Positions 12,305 through 25,437 of a stretch of DNA of 64,000 nt are shown one piece after another. Under the pieces are notes generated by a model, which did no database searches, was not told the DNA's origin, and saw only the letters and a program-made list of their open reading frames with translations. The first letter of the stretch is position 1; each line of letters opens with the position of its first letter. The stretch is from Centroscyllium fabricii (lineage: Eukaryota), in contig JBNRSN020000010.1 in the NCBI GenBank assembly GCA_051313645.2, positions 10,044,001 to 10,108,000 of the forward strand, given 5' to 3'. The position numbers and the translations under genes were made by a program.

Positions 12305-14456
12305 CATGCCCCTCCTGCGCAGTGCTTCCGCTACACTGACCCTAGACGCGACCATGCCCCTCCTCTCCCAGAGGAACCCCTACACTGACATGAGATTTGA
12401 CATTGCCCATCTGTCCCAGGGATTCCCCTACACAAACATTCTATCTAACCGTTTCCCTACTGTCCCAGTGCTACCCTTAAGCTTTCACTAGATGTGACCA
12501 TCTGCCTCCACTCAGAGACGAACCACTACACTGAAGCGATAATTGGCATTGCCCATCTTGTCCCATGGCTTCCCCTACACATACATTAGGTCTGCCCGTG
12601 TTCCTACTGTCCCAGTGCTACCCTTAAACTTACACTAGATGTGACAGTGTCCAGCCTCTCCCAGTGGAACCCCTACAATGACATCAGATTTGACATTGCC
12701 TATCCTCCCCAGAGCTTCCACTGCACATGCAGTTGATCTACGCATGTCGCTACTGTCCCAGTGCTACACTTAAACTTAGACTAGATGTGACCAAGCCGCA
12801 CCTGTCGCAGTGCTAACCATACACAGACAGGAAATGTGTCCATGCCACACCTGAACCAGTGTCACCACTACAGTTGCAGTAGATGTTACTGTGCCACACC
12901 TGTTCCAGCGTTACCCCTCCACTGACACTCGATATGTCCATGTAACTCCTGTTGGATTGTTACTCCTACACTTACAGTAGATATGACTGTGCCTCACCTT
13001 TCCCAGTATTTCCGCTACTATTAAACTAGATATGAGCTCCTCCTCCAGTCCCAGTACTACCCATAAACATAGAGTAGATGCAACCGTGCCCTCCTGCTTT
13101 ACTGTCAGTCCTCCGCTTACACTGGATGTGACCATACCCAAGCTATCCCTGTGCCACACCTACACGTACACTATATGTGAACTTGCAATTCATGTTTAGT
13201 GCTACATATACACAGTCAAGAAATATGACAGTGCCATTCCTGTTCCAGTGTTACCCTAACACCTACATTAACTGATTGAGACCCTCCATTTCACTTCCTA
13301 CCCTTACACTGACACGATATATGAACATGCCCCGCCAATCCCAATGATAACCCTATATTTACGCTAGATTAAACTTAGACTAGATGTGACCAAGCCGCAC
13401 CTGTCGCAGTGCTACCCATACACAGACAGGAAATGTGTCCATGCCACACCTGAACCAGTGTCACCACTACAATTGCAGTAGATGTTGCTGTGCCACACCT
13501 GTCCCAGCGTTACCCCTCCACTGACACTCGATATGACCATGTATCTCCTGTTAGATTGTTACTCCTACACTTAAAGTAGATATAACTGTGCCTCCCCTTT
13601 CCCAGTATTTCTGCTACTCTTAAACTAGATATGAGCTCCTCCTCCTCTCCCAGTACTACCCATACACATAGAGTAGATGGAACCGTGCCCTCCTGCATTA
13701 CTGTCAGTCCTCCGCTTACACTGGATGTGACCATACTCCAGCTCATCCTGTGCCACACCTACACGTACACTATATGTGAACATGCAATTCATGTTTAGTG
13801 CTACCTATACACAGTCAAGAAATATGACAGTGCCATTCCTGTTCCAGTGTTACCCTTACACCTACATTAACTGATTGAGACCCTCCATTTCAACTCATAC
13901 CCTTACACTGACACGATATATGAACATGCCCCTCCAATTCCAATGATAACCCTATATTTACGCTAGATGTGGCGGAGGCCCTCAAAGCCCACTGGTACCC
14001 TTACGATGATACTGGATGTTTCCGTGCCCCTCCGGTCACAGTGTTGCACCTACTTTGACACTAGATTTGCACGTGCCCCTCCAATCGCTGTGCAACCCCT
14101 ATATTTACACATAAATGTGACCGAGGCCCTACTTTCCCAGTGATACCCTTACACTGACACGAGATTTGACCGTACACCGCCTCTTCCATTGTTACCACAA
14201 CACTGACACTCGATATAACCATAACTGTCCTGTCCCAGTGCTTCACACCACCACTCCTGTGCTACTGAAACCGTGTATTTACACTAGATGTGACAGAGGC
14301 ACTCCCATCCCAGCGCTGCACATGCAATGAACAAATATGCTAGTGCCCCTTCTGTGCCTGTGTTACGCCTACAATTAAACTAGATGTGACTGTGCTCTCT
14401 CCTGTCCCAGTGTTAGCCTTACATTTGCATTGATGTCACTGACGCCCTCCAGTCCC
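12305..14456 (+). repeat. 49-bp satellite segment b, containing a 599-bp tandem duplication (12770-13368 and 13369-13967)
   Basis: TTAAACTTAGACTAGATGTGACCAAGCCGC occurs at 12770 and 13369. Paired ORFs at 12911 and 13510 have the same offset. Confidence 0.9.
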
Positions 14457-17400
14457 AAAAGCCGAGAGCAGCGAGGCCCGAGGCCAGACCGGAGGCGGAA
14501 CTTGGGAGCAGTGAGGAGTGGCTTTTAAAGCTGAGAGCAGCGAGGCCCGAGACCAGACGGGAGGTGGTCCTTGGGAGCAGCGAAGAGCGGCTTTAATAGC
14601 CGATAGCAGCGAGGCGTACACATTCAGCTCCCATTCAGCTGCGGATGGGCAGGTAAGAAAGAATCCAATGGTGACGTAACCAGAAAGGAGGAAGTGATCG
14701 GCTAGTGAGTTTTTTTCTTGTTTTTCTCTCTAAATTCTTCTTTGTGGTTTCTAAAGATTAAGATTACTTAGGCAGTTTAACTAAAGTGGAAATGTTGAAT
14801 ATTTGTGATTCTGTTGGTTTAAGAAGGGTAAAACAACAGTAGGAGTTAATTCGCACAGCAGGCAGTGAAAACCAGTTCTGTACCAAGTCAGCAGGGGTGA
14901 CTCATTTCCTGTGCTGTTGGTAAACTGGTGTAATCAGAGGGATTTATTGATCTAATTTACTTCCAATTACATAAAGGGGAAACTGGAATCTGTTGGAAAA
15001 AAAGGGCCGTTTAATATTTCACTAACTGTAAAATAACTTGGTGGGAGTGATTTGATTGAGTTAAATACAAGTAACTAAAGGAGAGTCATGGCGTATCTGG
15101 CTTGCGCCGTAGTATGCTCCTCCGGCGCGATCTGGGAGATCAGGGGCGCTTCCTGTGTCCCTGGCGACCAAGTGTGCAGGATGTGTGTCCAGCTGCAGCT
15201 TCCGATAAACCTCATTCTGGAGCTGGAGCTGCGATTGGACGCACACGTGAGCATTTGTGATGTCGAGCAGAATGTGAATAGCACGTATAGTATGTTCATC
15301 ACACCACAGGCAAACGATGCACAGGCGGAACGGAAATGTGTGACCATCAGGCAGAGTAATAACCACAGGCAGGAAGAGCAGAGGTCACCTGTGGCCATCA
15401 GGAACTAAGACATATACACCACATTGAGTACTGTTGGGGGATATGACATTCGAGGGGAAGGCACCAGCCAGGGTCATGGCACCATGTCTGGCTCTGCTAC
15501 ACAGAAGGGCGGGAAGAAGAGTGGCAGAGCTAAAGTGATAGGGGACTCAATTGTAAAGGGAATAGATAGGAGTTTCTGTGGCTGCAACCTAGACTCCAGG
15601 ATCGTATGATTCCTCCCTGGTGCAAGGGTCAATGATGACTCGCAACGACTGCAGAACATTCTGGAGGGGTAGGGTGAACAGCCAGTCGTCCTGGTGCATG
15701 CACGTGCCTACGATATAGGTAAGAATCGGAAAGAGGTACTACATGCTGAATTTAGGAAGCTAGGAGCTATGTTAAAATGTAGGACCTCAAAGGTAGTAAT
15801 CTCTGGCTTGCTGCCAGTGCCACGTGCTAATCATACTAGAGTCAGCAGCATAGCTAGATTAAACACGTGGCTTTAGCAGTGGTGCAAGAGGGATGGATTC
15901 AAATTCCTGAGGCATTGGAACCAGTACTGGGGGAAGTGGGACCTGTACAAAATGTTTGATCTGCACATAGGCAACACTGGGCCCGATTTCCTGGGGGTAA
16001 CCATTGCTAACGCAGTTCGGGAGGGTTTAAATTAATATGGCAGGGGGATGGGAACCTAGGCAGTGAAACAGAGGGAAGTATTATTCAGACTGAAACAAAT
16101 GGTAGATGGAAGGGAAGCAATAGTGGAAGGCCAAGTAAACAAGTTCAAGAAACACACAGGGCCACACTGAAGCATAAATCTAAAAGTACAATGGGTGCTA
16201 AAAAAAACAAGCCTGAAGTCTCTGTGTCTTAATGCAAGGTGTATCCGTAATAAGGTGGATAAATTAACTGTGCAAATAGATGTTAACTGATATGATGTGA
16301 TTGGGATTACAGAGACTCCAGTAGCTCCAGAATGATCAGGGCTGGGAATTGAACATCCAGCGATATTCAACAGTCAGGAAAGATAGAAAAAAAGGAAAAG
16401 GGGCTGGGGTAGAATTGCTGATTAAAAGCGTGATTAATGCAATAGCTAGGAAGGACATTAGCTTGGAGGAAGGGGAATCCACATGGGTGGAGCTGCAGAA
16501 CACCAAAGGACAGAAAACGTTAGTGGGAGTTGTGCACAGACGTCTGAACAGTAGTAGGGAGGTGGGGGGTATGTTACAAGAAATAAGGGTCGCATGCAAT
16601 AATGGCACAGCAGTTACCATGGCTAATGTTAATATGCATATAGATTGGGTAACTCAAACTGGAAGCAATATGGTAGAGGAGAATTTCCTGGAGTGCCTAA
16701 GGAATGGTTTCCAAGACCAATATGTTCAGGAACCAACTAAAGGGGAGGCCATTCTGGACTGGGTGTTCTGTAATGAGGGAGGACTAATTAGCAAACTTCT
16801 GGTGAAGGCCCTTTGAGGAAGAGCGAGCTTAATATGGTGGAGTTCTACATTACGATGGAGAAGGAAAGAGTTAATTCAGAGACCATTGTCCAACACTTAA
16901 ATAAAGGCAAATTTGAAGGCATGAGACGTGAATTAACTAGATTAGATTGGCAAACAATATTTAACGGGTTATCAGTGGATAGGCAATGGCAGACATTTAG
17001 AGATCTCATGGATAAACTGCAACAATTGTACTTCAATATCTGGCGTAAAAATAAATAAAGGGAAGTTGTCTCAAACATGGCTATCAAGGCAAATCAGGGA
17101 TAATATTAAAGCCAAGGAACTGGCATACAAATTGGCCAGAGGTAGCCACAAACCCGTGGACTGGGAGAAATGTAATACTCAGCAGTGGAGGACGAAGGGT
17201 TTGTTTAAGGCTGGGAAAATAGAATATGAAATAAAGCGTGCAGAGAACATTAGAACTGACTGCAAAAGCTTCTATAGGTATGTAAAGAGAAAGTGGCTCG
17301 TAAAAAACAAACGTAGGTACCGTACAGTCAGAATCGTGGTAAGACATAATGGGGAAAAATAAATGGCAGAACAATTAAACAAGTACGTTGGCTCGGTATT

Positions 17401-18345
17401 TACTAATGAGGACAAAAACAATCTTCTGGACATAAAAGAGGTCATAGGGCCTGGCAAACATAGGAGCTCAGGTAATTCATTATTCGGCGGGAAAATGTGC
17501 TGGGGAAATTAATCGGACAGAAGGCTAATAAATCACTAAGGCCTGATGGTCTGCCTCCCAGAGCACTTAAAGAGGTGGCCTTGGAAATAGTGGATGCATT
17601 GACGATCATTTCCGACCATTACATACACTCTGGATCCGTTCCGATGGAGTGGAGGGTGGCTAATTTAACACCACGTTTGAAAAAGGTGGGAGGGAGAAAA
17701 CATGGATTTACAGCCTGACATTGGTAGTTGGCAAAATGATGGAATCAATTATTAAGGATATCATAGCAGACCATTTGGAAAGTGGTGACATGATATGTCC
17801 AAGTCTGCATAGATTTGTGAAAAGGAAATCATGCCCAACAAATCTTCTGGAAATTTTTGAGCATGATTACAGTAGAAAATTTCAAGGGAGAACCAGTGGA
17901 CTTGGTGTACTGGGACTTTCCGAAGGCTTTCGACAAGGTCCCACACAAGAGATTGGTGTGCAAATTTAAAGCACATGGGATTGGAGGTAATTCGTTCACG
18001 TGGATTGACAACTGGTTCGCACACAGGAAACAAAGAGTAGGAGTAAATGGACAGTTTTCAGAATGGCAGGCAGTGACCAGCGAGGTACTGCAGGGTTCGG
18101 TGCTGGTGCCCCAGCTGTTTAAATTATATATGAATGATTTGGACGACGGGATTAAATGTTGTATCTCCAAATTTGCGGATGACACTAAATTGGGTGGCAG
18201 TGTGAGCTGCGAGGAGGATGCTAAGTGGCTACAGAATGAGTTGGACACGATAGGTGAATGGGCAATTATATGGCAGATGAAGTACAATGTGGATACATGT
18301 GAGTTTATCCACTTTGGTGGTAAAAATGCAAAGACAGAGAATTAT
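14457..18345 (+). mobile_element. CR1-clade LINE with 5'UTR, ORF1 (Zn-finger/leucine zipper plus SGNH esterase) and ORF2 (APE plus RT); decayed and cut by the duplication junction
   Basis: ORF1 from 15088 (CSSGAIWE...CRMC...LELELRLD; VIGDSIVKG; VVISGLLPVP). APE motif PTKGEAILDWV. RT motifs DFPKAFDKVPH, QGSVL and KFADD. Many stops and frameshifts. Confidence 0.92.
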
Positions 18346-21300
18346 ATGACCGTGCCCCTCCTGTCTCAGTGCTACACGTACACTCTCATGGGATGCGAAC
18401 GTTTCCCTCCTGTACCAGCACTAAAACTACACTGACACTAGCTGTCAATGTGCTTCTCCTATCCGAGTGCTACCCTTAAATTTACACTAGATGTACCCGA
18501 GGATCTCCAGTCCCATTGCTACCCCTACACTGCCACGAAATCTGAGAGTGCCCCTGCTGTCCATGTGCTACCCCTACGATTAAACTAATTGCGACTATGC
18601 CCCTCCTGTCCCAGTGAGATGGCTACGCTGACATTAGATATGGCCGTGCGCTTTCTTTCTGAGTGTTACACCTACCCTGATCTAGATGTGAATGTATCCC
18701 TCCTGTCGCAGTGTCACCCCTACAATTACACTAGATGTGACTGTGGCCCTCGAGTCCCTCTGTGACCACAGCAGTGACAAAGGGTTTCAAGATGCCCCCC
18801 TGTCCCAGTGCTTAAACTGCACTGACACAGGATGTGACGGTGTTCCGACTGTCCCAGTGCTATCCCTACACTGACAGTAGATATTGCCGTGTCTTTCATG
18901 TACTAATTTTACCACTTTTATTACACTAGATGTGACGGTGTCCTTCCTGTACCAGTTCTAACCGTACACTTACATTATATGTGACACTACCATTTCATTA
19001 CTAGTAACCTTGCCCCTCCTGCCCCAGTGTTACACCTACACTGGCATTAGATTAGACCGTGCCCTTACTTTTTCAGTGATACTACTATATGCACACATTA
19101 CATGAACGTGTCCATTCATTCCCAGTGCTAACCCCGCACTGAAACTAGATGTGAACGTGTTCTCCTATCCCCGTGCTAAAATAATATTTACATTGATGTG
19201 ACCGAGGCCCTCGAGTCTAAGATGTACACCTACAAACCGTTTATCAGTGTCATTCTTACATTTATAATAGATGTGATCGAGCCCCTCCAGTCTCAGTGAT
19301 ACCAGTACACTGCCATTGGATGTGACTGTGTCCCTCCTATTCCATTGCTACAACTTTATTTGCACTAGATGTGACCGAGAGCCTCCTGTCGCATTGTTAC
19401 CACTTTATTTGCACTATTTTCGACCGAGACCCTCCTGTCCCAGTTTAAATACTGCACTGACACTAGATGTGATAATACCGCTCCTGTCCCTATACTACCC
19501 CTACACTTACAATAGATGTGAACAGACACTACCTCCCACAATGATACGCTACACAGACTATAGATGTGAGTATGCCCCTCCTGTCCGAATGCTGCACATG
19601 CATTTACACTGAATGTGACCGAGAGAATATTTGACAGTGCCCCCCAGTTGCTGTATTACATCTGCACTTAAAAATGATGTGACAATCCCCCTCCAGCCCC
19701 AGTGTTCCCCCTGCACCGAGTTAGATGTGACCGTCTCCCTCCTGTCCCACTTTTACACCTACATTTGCACTAGATGCAACCGAGGCCCTGCAGTGCCAGT
19801 GTTACACCTACACTGAAACTCTATGTGACAATGACCCTTCTGTCACAGTGTTAAAACTACACTGACACAAGATGTGACCTTGCTTCTCCTGGCCCAGTGC
19901 TACCCCTATTCTGAGAATAGAAGCTATCCTGTCATGCATGTCCACGTTTTAACACTACTAGTGCATTAGATGTGACTGTGCCCCTCCTGACGCAACGTTA
20001 ACACTGATAATAGGTTTGATTTTTGCCTCTACTTATCCATAGTACACCTATAATAAAAGTAGATTTGAACGTAACCCACCTTTCAAAGAGCTACACCAAA
20101 ACTTACACGAAACATAAGCATGCCCCTCCTGTCCCTTTGCTACACATAAACGTACACTTGATTGCACCTTTCACCTAATTTCCCAGTGTTACACCGACAA
20201 TCACACTAGATGTGAACTATGCCCTCCTGTCGCTGTGCTGAAGCTACACCTACGCTGAATGTTACAGTGTCCCACATGTCCCTGTATTGAAGCTACCCTT
20301 ACAGTAGATGAGACGGTGCCACACCTGCCCAAGTGCTACCCCTACACCTACACTAGATGTGTCCATGCAACGCATGTTCAGTGCTACCCATAGACAGACA
20401 CTAAATATGACAATGCCCCTCCTGTCCCAGTGTTAGTGTTTCAATTACTGTAGATATGGCTGTGCCTCACTTGTCGAAGTGTAAATCCTACCATCACACC
20501 AGATGTGAGGGTGCCCATCCCGTCCCTGTGCTATCGCTACGCTGAATCTGCATGTGACGTTACCCCTCCTGTCCCAGTGCTACCCTAACCGTACACCAGA
20601 TATGGCAGGTCTCCTGCTATCCCAGTGCTACTACGATGCTTACACTGTGAACGTACCCTCATGTCCAGGTTTTCCCCCTACTCGGAAACAAGAGGAGTCT
20701 GAACCTATCCTGCCGCAGTGTTACACATGCACTGATACTAGATCTGACTGTACCCTTTCTGTGGAAGTGCTACACCCACATTTACATTAGATTTGACCTT
20801 CCCCTCCTCTCCCAGCATTAACCCAAAAATGATACAAGATGTGAATGAGCCACGCCTGCCCCAGTGCTACACCTTCATTTAAACCGGATGTGAATTAAGC
20901 CTTCCAGTCCCAGGGCGACCAATATACTGTCAGGATATGTGGCAGTGCCACTCCTATCCCAGCATTACCCCGAAACATACACTAGATGTTGCCGTGACCC
21001 TCCTGTCTCAGTGCTTCATCTACATGTACACTAGATCTGACCGAGCTGCTCCTGGCCCCGTGCGGCACCTACACTAATAATAGATGTGACAGTGTCCCTC
21101 CTGTGGCAGTGCTGCACATATAATTGCACTGCATGTGACCGAGCCACACCTTTCCCTGTGCTATCCCTAAATTTACACTAGGTGTGACAGTGCACCTCCC
21201 TCTGCTACCCCTACATTTACACTAGATTTGACTGTGCCCTTCCTGTCCGTGTATTATCCGTGCCATGTCGCATGAGGTGAACATGCCCCTCCTGCCCCAG

Positions 21301-21524
21301 TGTTTCGCCTACACTGAAACTAGTTGTAACCGTGTCTCTCCTGTCCCATATGGGAACACTACACTGACGATAGATTTGACCATTCCCATCCTGGCCCAGT
21401 GCTACCCCTTCGCCCATACTAGATGTGACTGTGCCACTCGTGTCCCATTGCTATCCCTACACTTAAACTAGATTTGACTGTGCCACAACTGTCCCAGTGC
21501 TATTGCTACACCGACACAAGTTGT
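18346..21524 (+). repeat. 49-bp satellite (duplicate of 7360-10537)
   Basis: Same sequence at an offset of about 10986. Confidence 0.92.
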
Positions 21525-23285
21525 CTGCCAAACAAAATCAGACACTGAAGATAGAGGAACACTTTCACAACAACTCGGACCCTCGACGTATGTGGCAAGG
21601 CATACAGTCCATCATGGACTACAAGTACAGAAACACCAGCCCCCCGACTTGCGATGCCTCCCTACTGGAGGACTCAACAACTTCTATGCTCGCTTCGACA
21701 GGGACAACAGGGAGCAAGCCACCAAAGTCCTGCAATCCCCGGAAGACCAGACATTAACACTGTCCTGCTCCGTTAGAGGTGCTCTACGTAGAGTAAACGC
21801 ATGGAAGGCTGCGGGTCCTGATGGCATCCCCGGCCGGGCACACAAAGAATGTGCCGAACAACTGCCTGAAGTCTTCACTGACATCTTCAACCTGTCACTG
21901 GCGAAGGCAGCTGCCCCTACTTGCTTGAAGACCGCCACCATCATCCCTGTGCCCAAGAAAACGGCCGTGACGTGCCTGAACACCTACCGCCCTGTCGCAC
22001 TTACACCCATTATCATGAAATGTTTCGAGCGGCTGGTGCTTTCCCACATCAAAGTCAGCATCCCCACCGCCCTGGACCAATACCAGTTTGCCTACCATGG
22101 GAATAGATCTACAGAAGATGCTATCACTACGGCTCTTCACTCTGCACTAAACCACCTGGATAGCAAAGTATGTCAGAATGTTGTTTATTGACTACAGCTC
22201 AGCATTCAACACCATCGTCCCCAGCAAATTGTCTAACAAACTCCTCACCCTCGGCCTGAACACCTCCCTCTGCATCTGAACGCTGGACTTCCTAACCAAC
22301 AGACCACAGTCTGTGAAGTTAGGCAAACTCACCTGCCCCCTTACCCTGAACACGGGGGCCCCACAAGGTTGTGTGCTGAGCCCCCTCCTCTACTCCCTCT
22401 TCACTCACGACTGTGCGGCTGTCCATGGCTCCAACACGATCATCAAGTTTGCGGATGACACCACAGTGGTTGGCCAGATCACCAACAACGACGAGTCAGC
22501 CTACAGGGATGAGATCCAGCGCCTTGTGGGTTGGTGTGCCGACAACAACCTGGCACTGAACACCAAGAAAACTAAGGAGATCATAGTGGACTTCTGGAGG
22601 ACTGGAAGCAGAAGACACACCCCCTACTTCATCCAAGGGGCTGAGGTGGAAAGGGAGTCCAGCTTCATGTTCCTCGGGGTCCACATCTCGGTAGATCTCT
22701 CCTGGTCACTAAACACCTCCTCTCTGGTTACGAAGGCCCAACAGTGCCTGTACTTCCTAAAGAAGCTGAAGAAAGCCAGGCTGTCATCCGGCATCCTCTC
22801 CTACTTCTACCGCTGCACAATAGAAAGCATACTGACAAGCTGCATCACTGTCTGGTATGGAAATTGCACTATCTCGGACCGGAAAAACATGCAGCGGGTA
22901 GTGAAAACTGCCCAAAGAATCACCGGTACACAGCTACCGTCAATGGAAAGCATCTACCTCAAACGCTGCTTACGGAGGTCTCTGAACATTAGTAAAGACC
23001 CCACACACACCAGCCACAGTCTGTTCGCCCCCTGCCCTCCGGGAGCCGCTACAGAGCAATTCGCACCCGCACGACTAGATTTAAGAACAGCTTCTTCCCC
23101 AGGGCTTTCAGCCTCCTGAACTCTAAAAATAAACTCCGGCACCTGCACGCCTGATAATGTACTTTACTGTATGCAATTTGCATGTAATTTATTTGGATTA
23201 CTCTCGGGAGTGTCGAGTCTTCGCCTCGTTGTATTGTACTAGTACTCTGCAATGACAATAAAACTTGAATTGAATTGAATTGAAT
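21525..23285 (+). mobile_element. Rex1/Babar copy 2 (product of the tandem duplication)
   Basis: Same 5' truncation point, insertion site and TTGAA tail as 10538-12304. Confidence 0.93.
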
Positions 23286-25437
23286 CATGCCCCTCCTGCG
23301 CAGTGCTTCCCCTACACTGACCCTAGACGCGACCATGCACCTCCTCTCCCAGAGGAACCCCTACACTGACATGAGATTTGACATTGCCCATCCTGTCCCA
23401 GGGATTCCCCTACACAAACATTCTATCTAACCGTTTCCCTACTGTCCCAGTGCTACCCTTAAGCTTTCACTAGATGTGACCATCTGCCTCCTCTCAGAGA
23501 CGAACCCCTACACTGAAGCGATAATTGGCATTGCCCATCTTGTCACATGGCTTCCCCTACACATACATTAGGTCTGCCCGTGTTCCTACTGTCCCAGTGC
23601 TACCCTTAAACTTACACTAGATGTGACAGTGTCCAGCCTCTCCCAGTGGAACCCCTACAATGACATCAGATTTGACATTGCCTATCCTCCCCAGAGCTTC
23701 CACTGCACATGCAGTTGATCTACGCATGTCGCTACTGTCCCAGTGCTACACTTAAACTTAGACTAGATGTGACCAAGCCGCACCTGTCGCAGTGCTACCC
23801 ATACACAGACAGGAAATGTGTCCATGCCACACCTGAACCAGTGTCACCACTACAGTTGCAGTAGATGTTACTGTGCCACACCTGTTCCAGCGTTACCCCT
23901 CCACTGACACTCGATATGTCCATGTAACTCCTGTTGGATTGTTACTCCTACACTTACAGTAGATATGACTGTGCCTCACCTTTCCCAGTATTTCCGCTAC
24001 TATTAAACTAGATATGAGCTCCTCCTCCAGTCCCAGTACTACCCATAAACATAGAGTAGATGCAACCGTGCCCTCCTGCTTTACTGTCAGTCCTCCGCTT
24101 ACACTGGATGTGACCATACCCAAGCTATCCCTGTGCCACACCTACACGTACACTATGTGTGAACTTGCAATTCATGTTTAGTGCTACCTATACACAGTCA
24201 AGAAATATGACAGTGCCATTCCTGTTCCAGTGTTACCCTAACACCTACATTAACTGATTGAGACCCTCCATTTCACCTCCTACCCTTACACTGACACGAT
24301 ATATGAACATGCCCCGCCAATCCCAATGATAACCCTATATTTACGCTAGATTAAACTTAGACTAGATGTGACCAAGCCGCACCTGTCGCAGTGCTACCCA
24401 TACACAGACAGGAAATGTGTCCATGCCACACCTGAACCAGTGTCACCACTACAATTGCAGTAGATGTTACTGTGCCACACCTGTCCCAGCGTTACCCCTC
24501 CACTGACACTCGATATGACCATGTATCTCCTGTTAGATTGTTACTCCTACACTTAAAGTAGATATAACTGTGCCTCCCCTTTCCCAGTATTTCTGCTACT
24601 CTTAAACTAGATATGAGCTCCTCCTCCTCTCCCAGTACTACCCATACACATAGAGTAGATGGAACCGTGCCCTCCTGCATTACTGTCAGTCCTCCGCTTA
24701 CACTGGATGTGACCATACTCCAGCTCATCCTGTGCCACACCTACACGTACACTATATGTGAACATGCAATTCATGTTTAGTGCTACCTATACACAGTCAA
24801 AAAATATGACAGTGCCATTCCTTTTCCAGTGTTACCCTTACACCTACATTAACTGATTGAGACCCTCCATTTCAACTCATACCCTTACACTGACACGATA
24901 TATGAACATGCCCCTCCAATCCCAATGATAACCCTATATGTACGCTAGATGTGGCGGAGGCCCTCAAAGCCCACTGGTACCCTTACGATGATACTGGATG
25001 TTTCCGTGCCCCTCCGGTCACAGTGTTGCACCTACTTTGACACTAGATTTGCACGTGCCCCTCCAATCGCTGTGCAACCCCTATATTTACACTAAATGTG
25101 ACCAAGGCCCTACTTTCCCAGTGATACCCTTACACTGACACGAGATTTGACCGTACACCGCCTCTTCCATTGTTACCACAACACTGACACTCGATATAAC
25201 CATAACTGTCCTGTCCCAGTGCTTCACACCACCACTACTGTGCTACTGCAACCGTGTATTTACACTAGATGTGACAGAGGCACTCCCATCCCAGCGCTGC
25301 ACATGCAATGAACAAATATGCTAGTGCCCCTTCTGTGCCTGTGTTATGCCTACAATTAAACTAGATGTGACTGTGCTCTCTCCTGTCCCAGTGTTAGCCC
25401 TACATTTGCATTGATGTCACTGACGCCCTCCAGTCCC
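23286..25437 (+). repeat. 49-bp satellite (duplicate of segment b, including the 599-bp doublet at 23752 and 24351)
   Basis: Same sequence at an offset of about 10981. Confidence 0.9.

Noticed and set aside
17857-18435. Novel RT fusion protein
   Set aside because: Read-through across the duplication junction from a dead CR1 into satellite.
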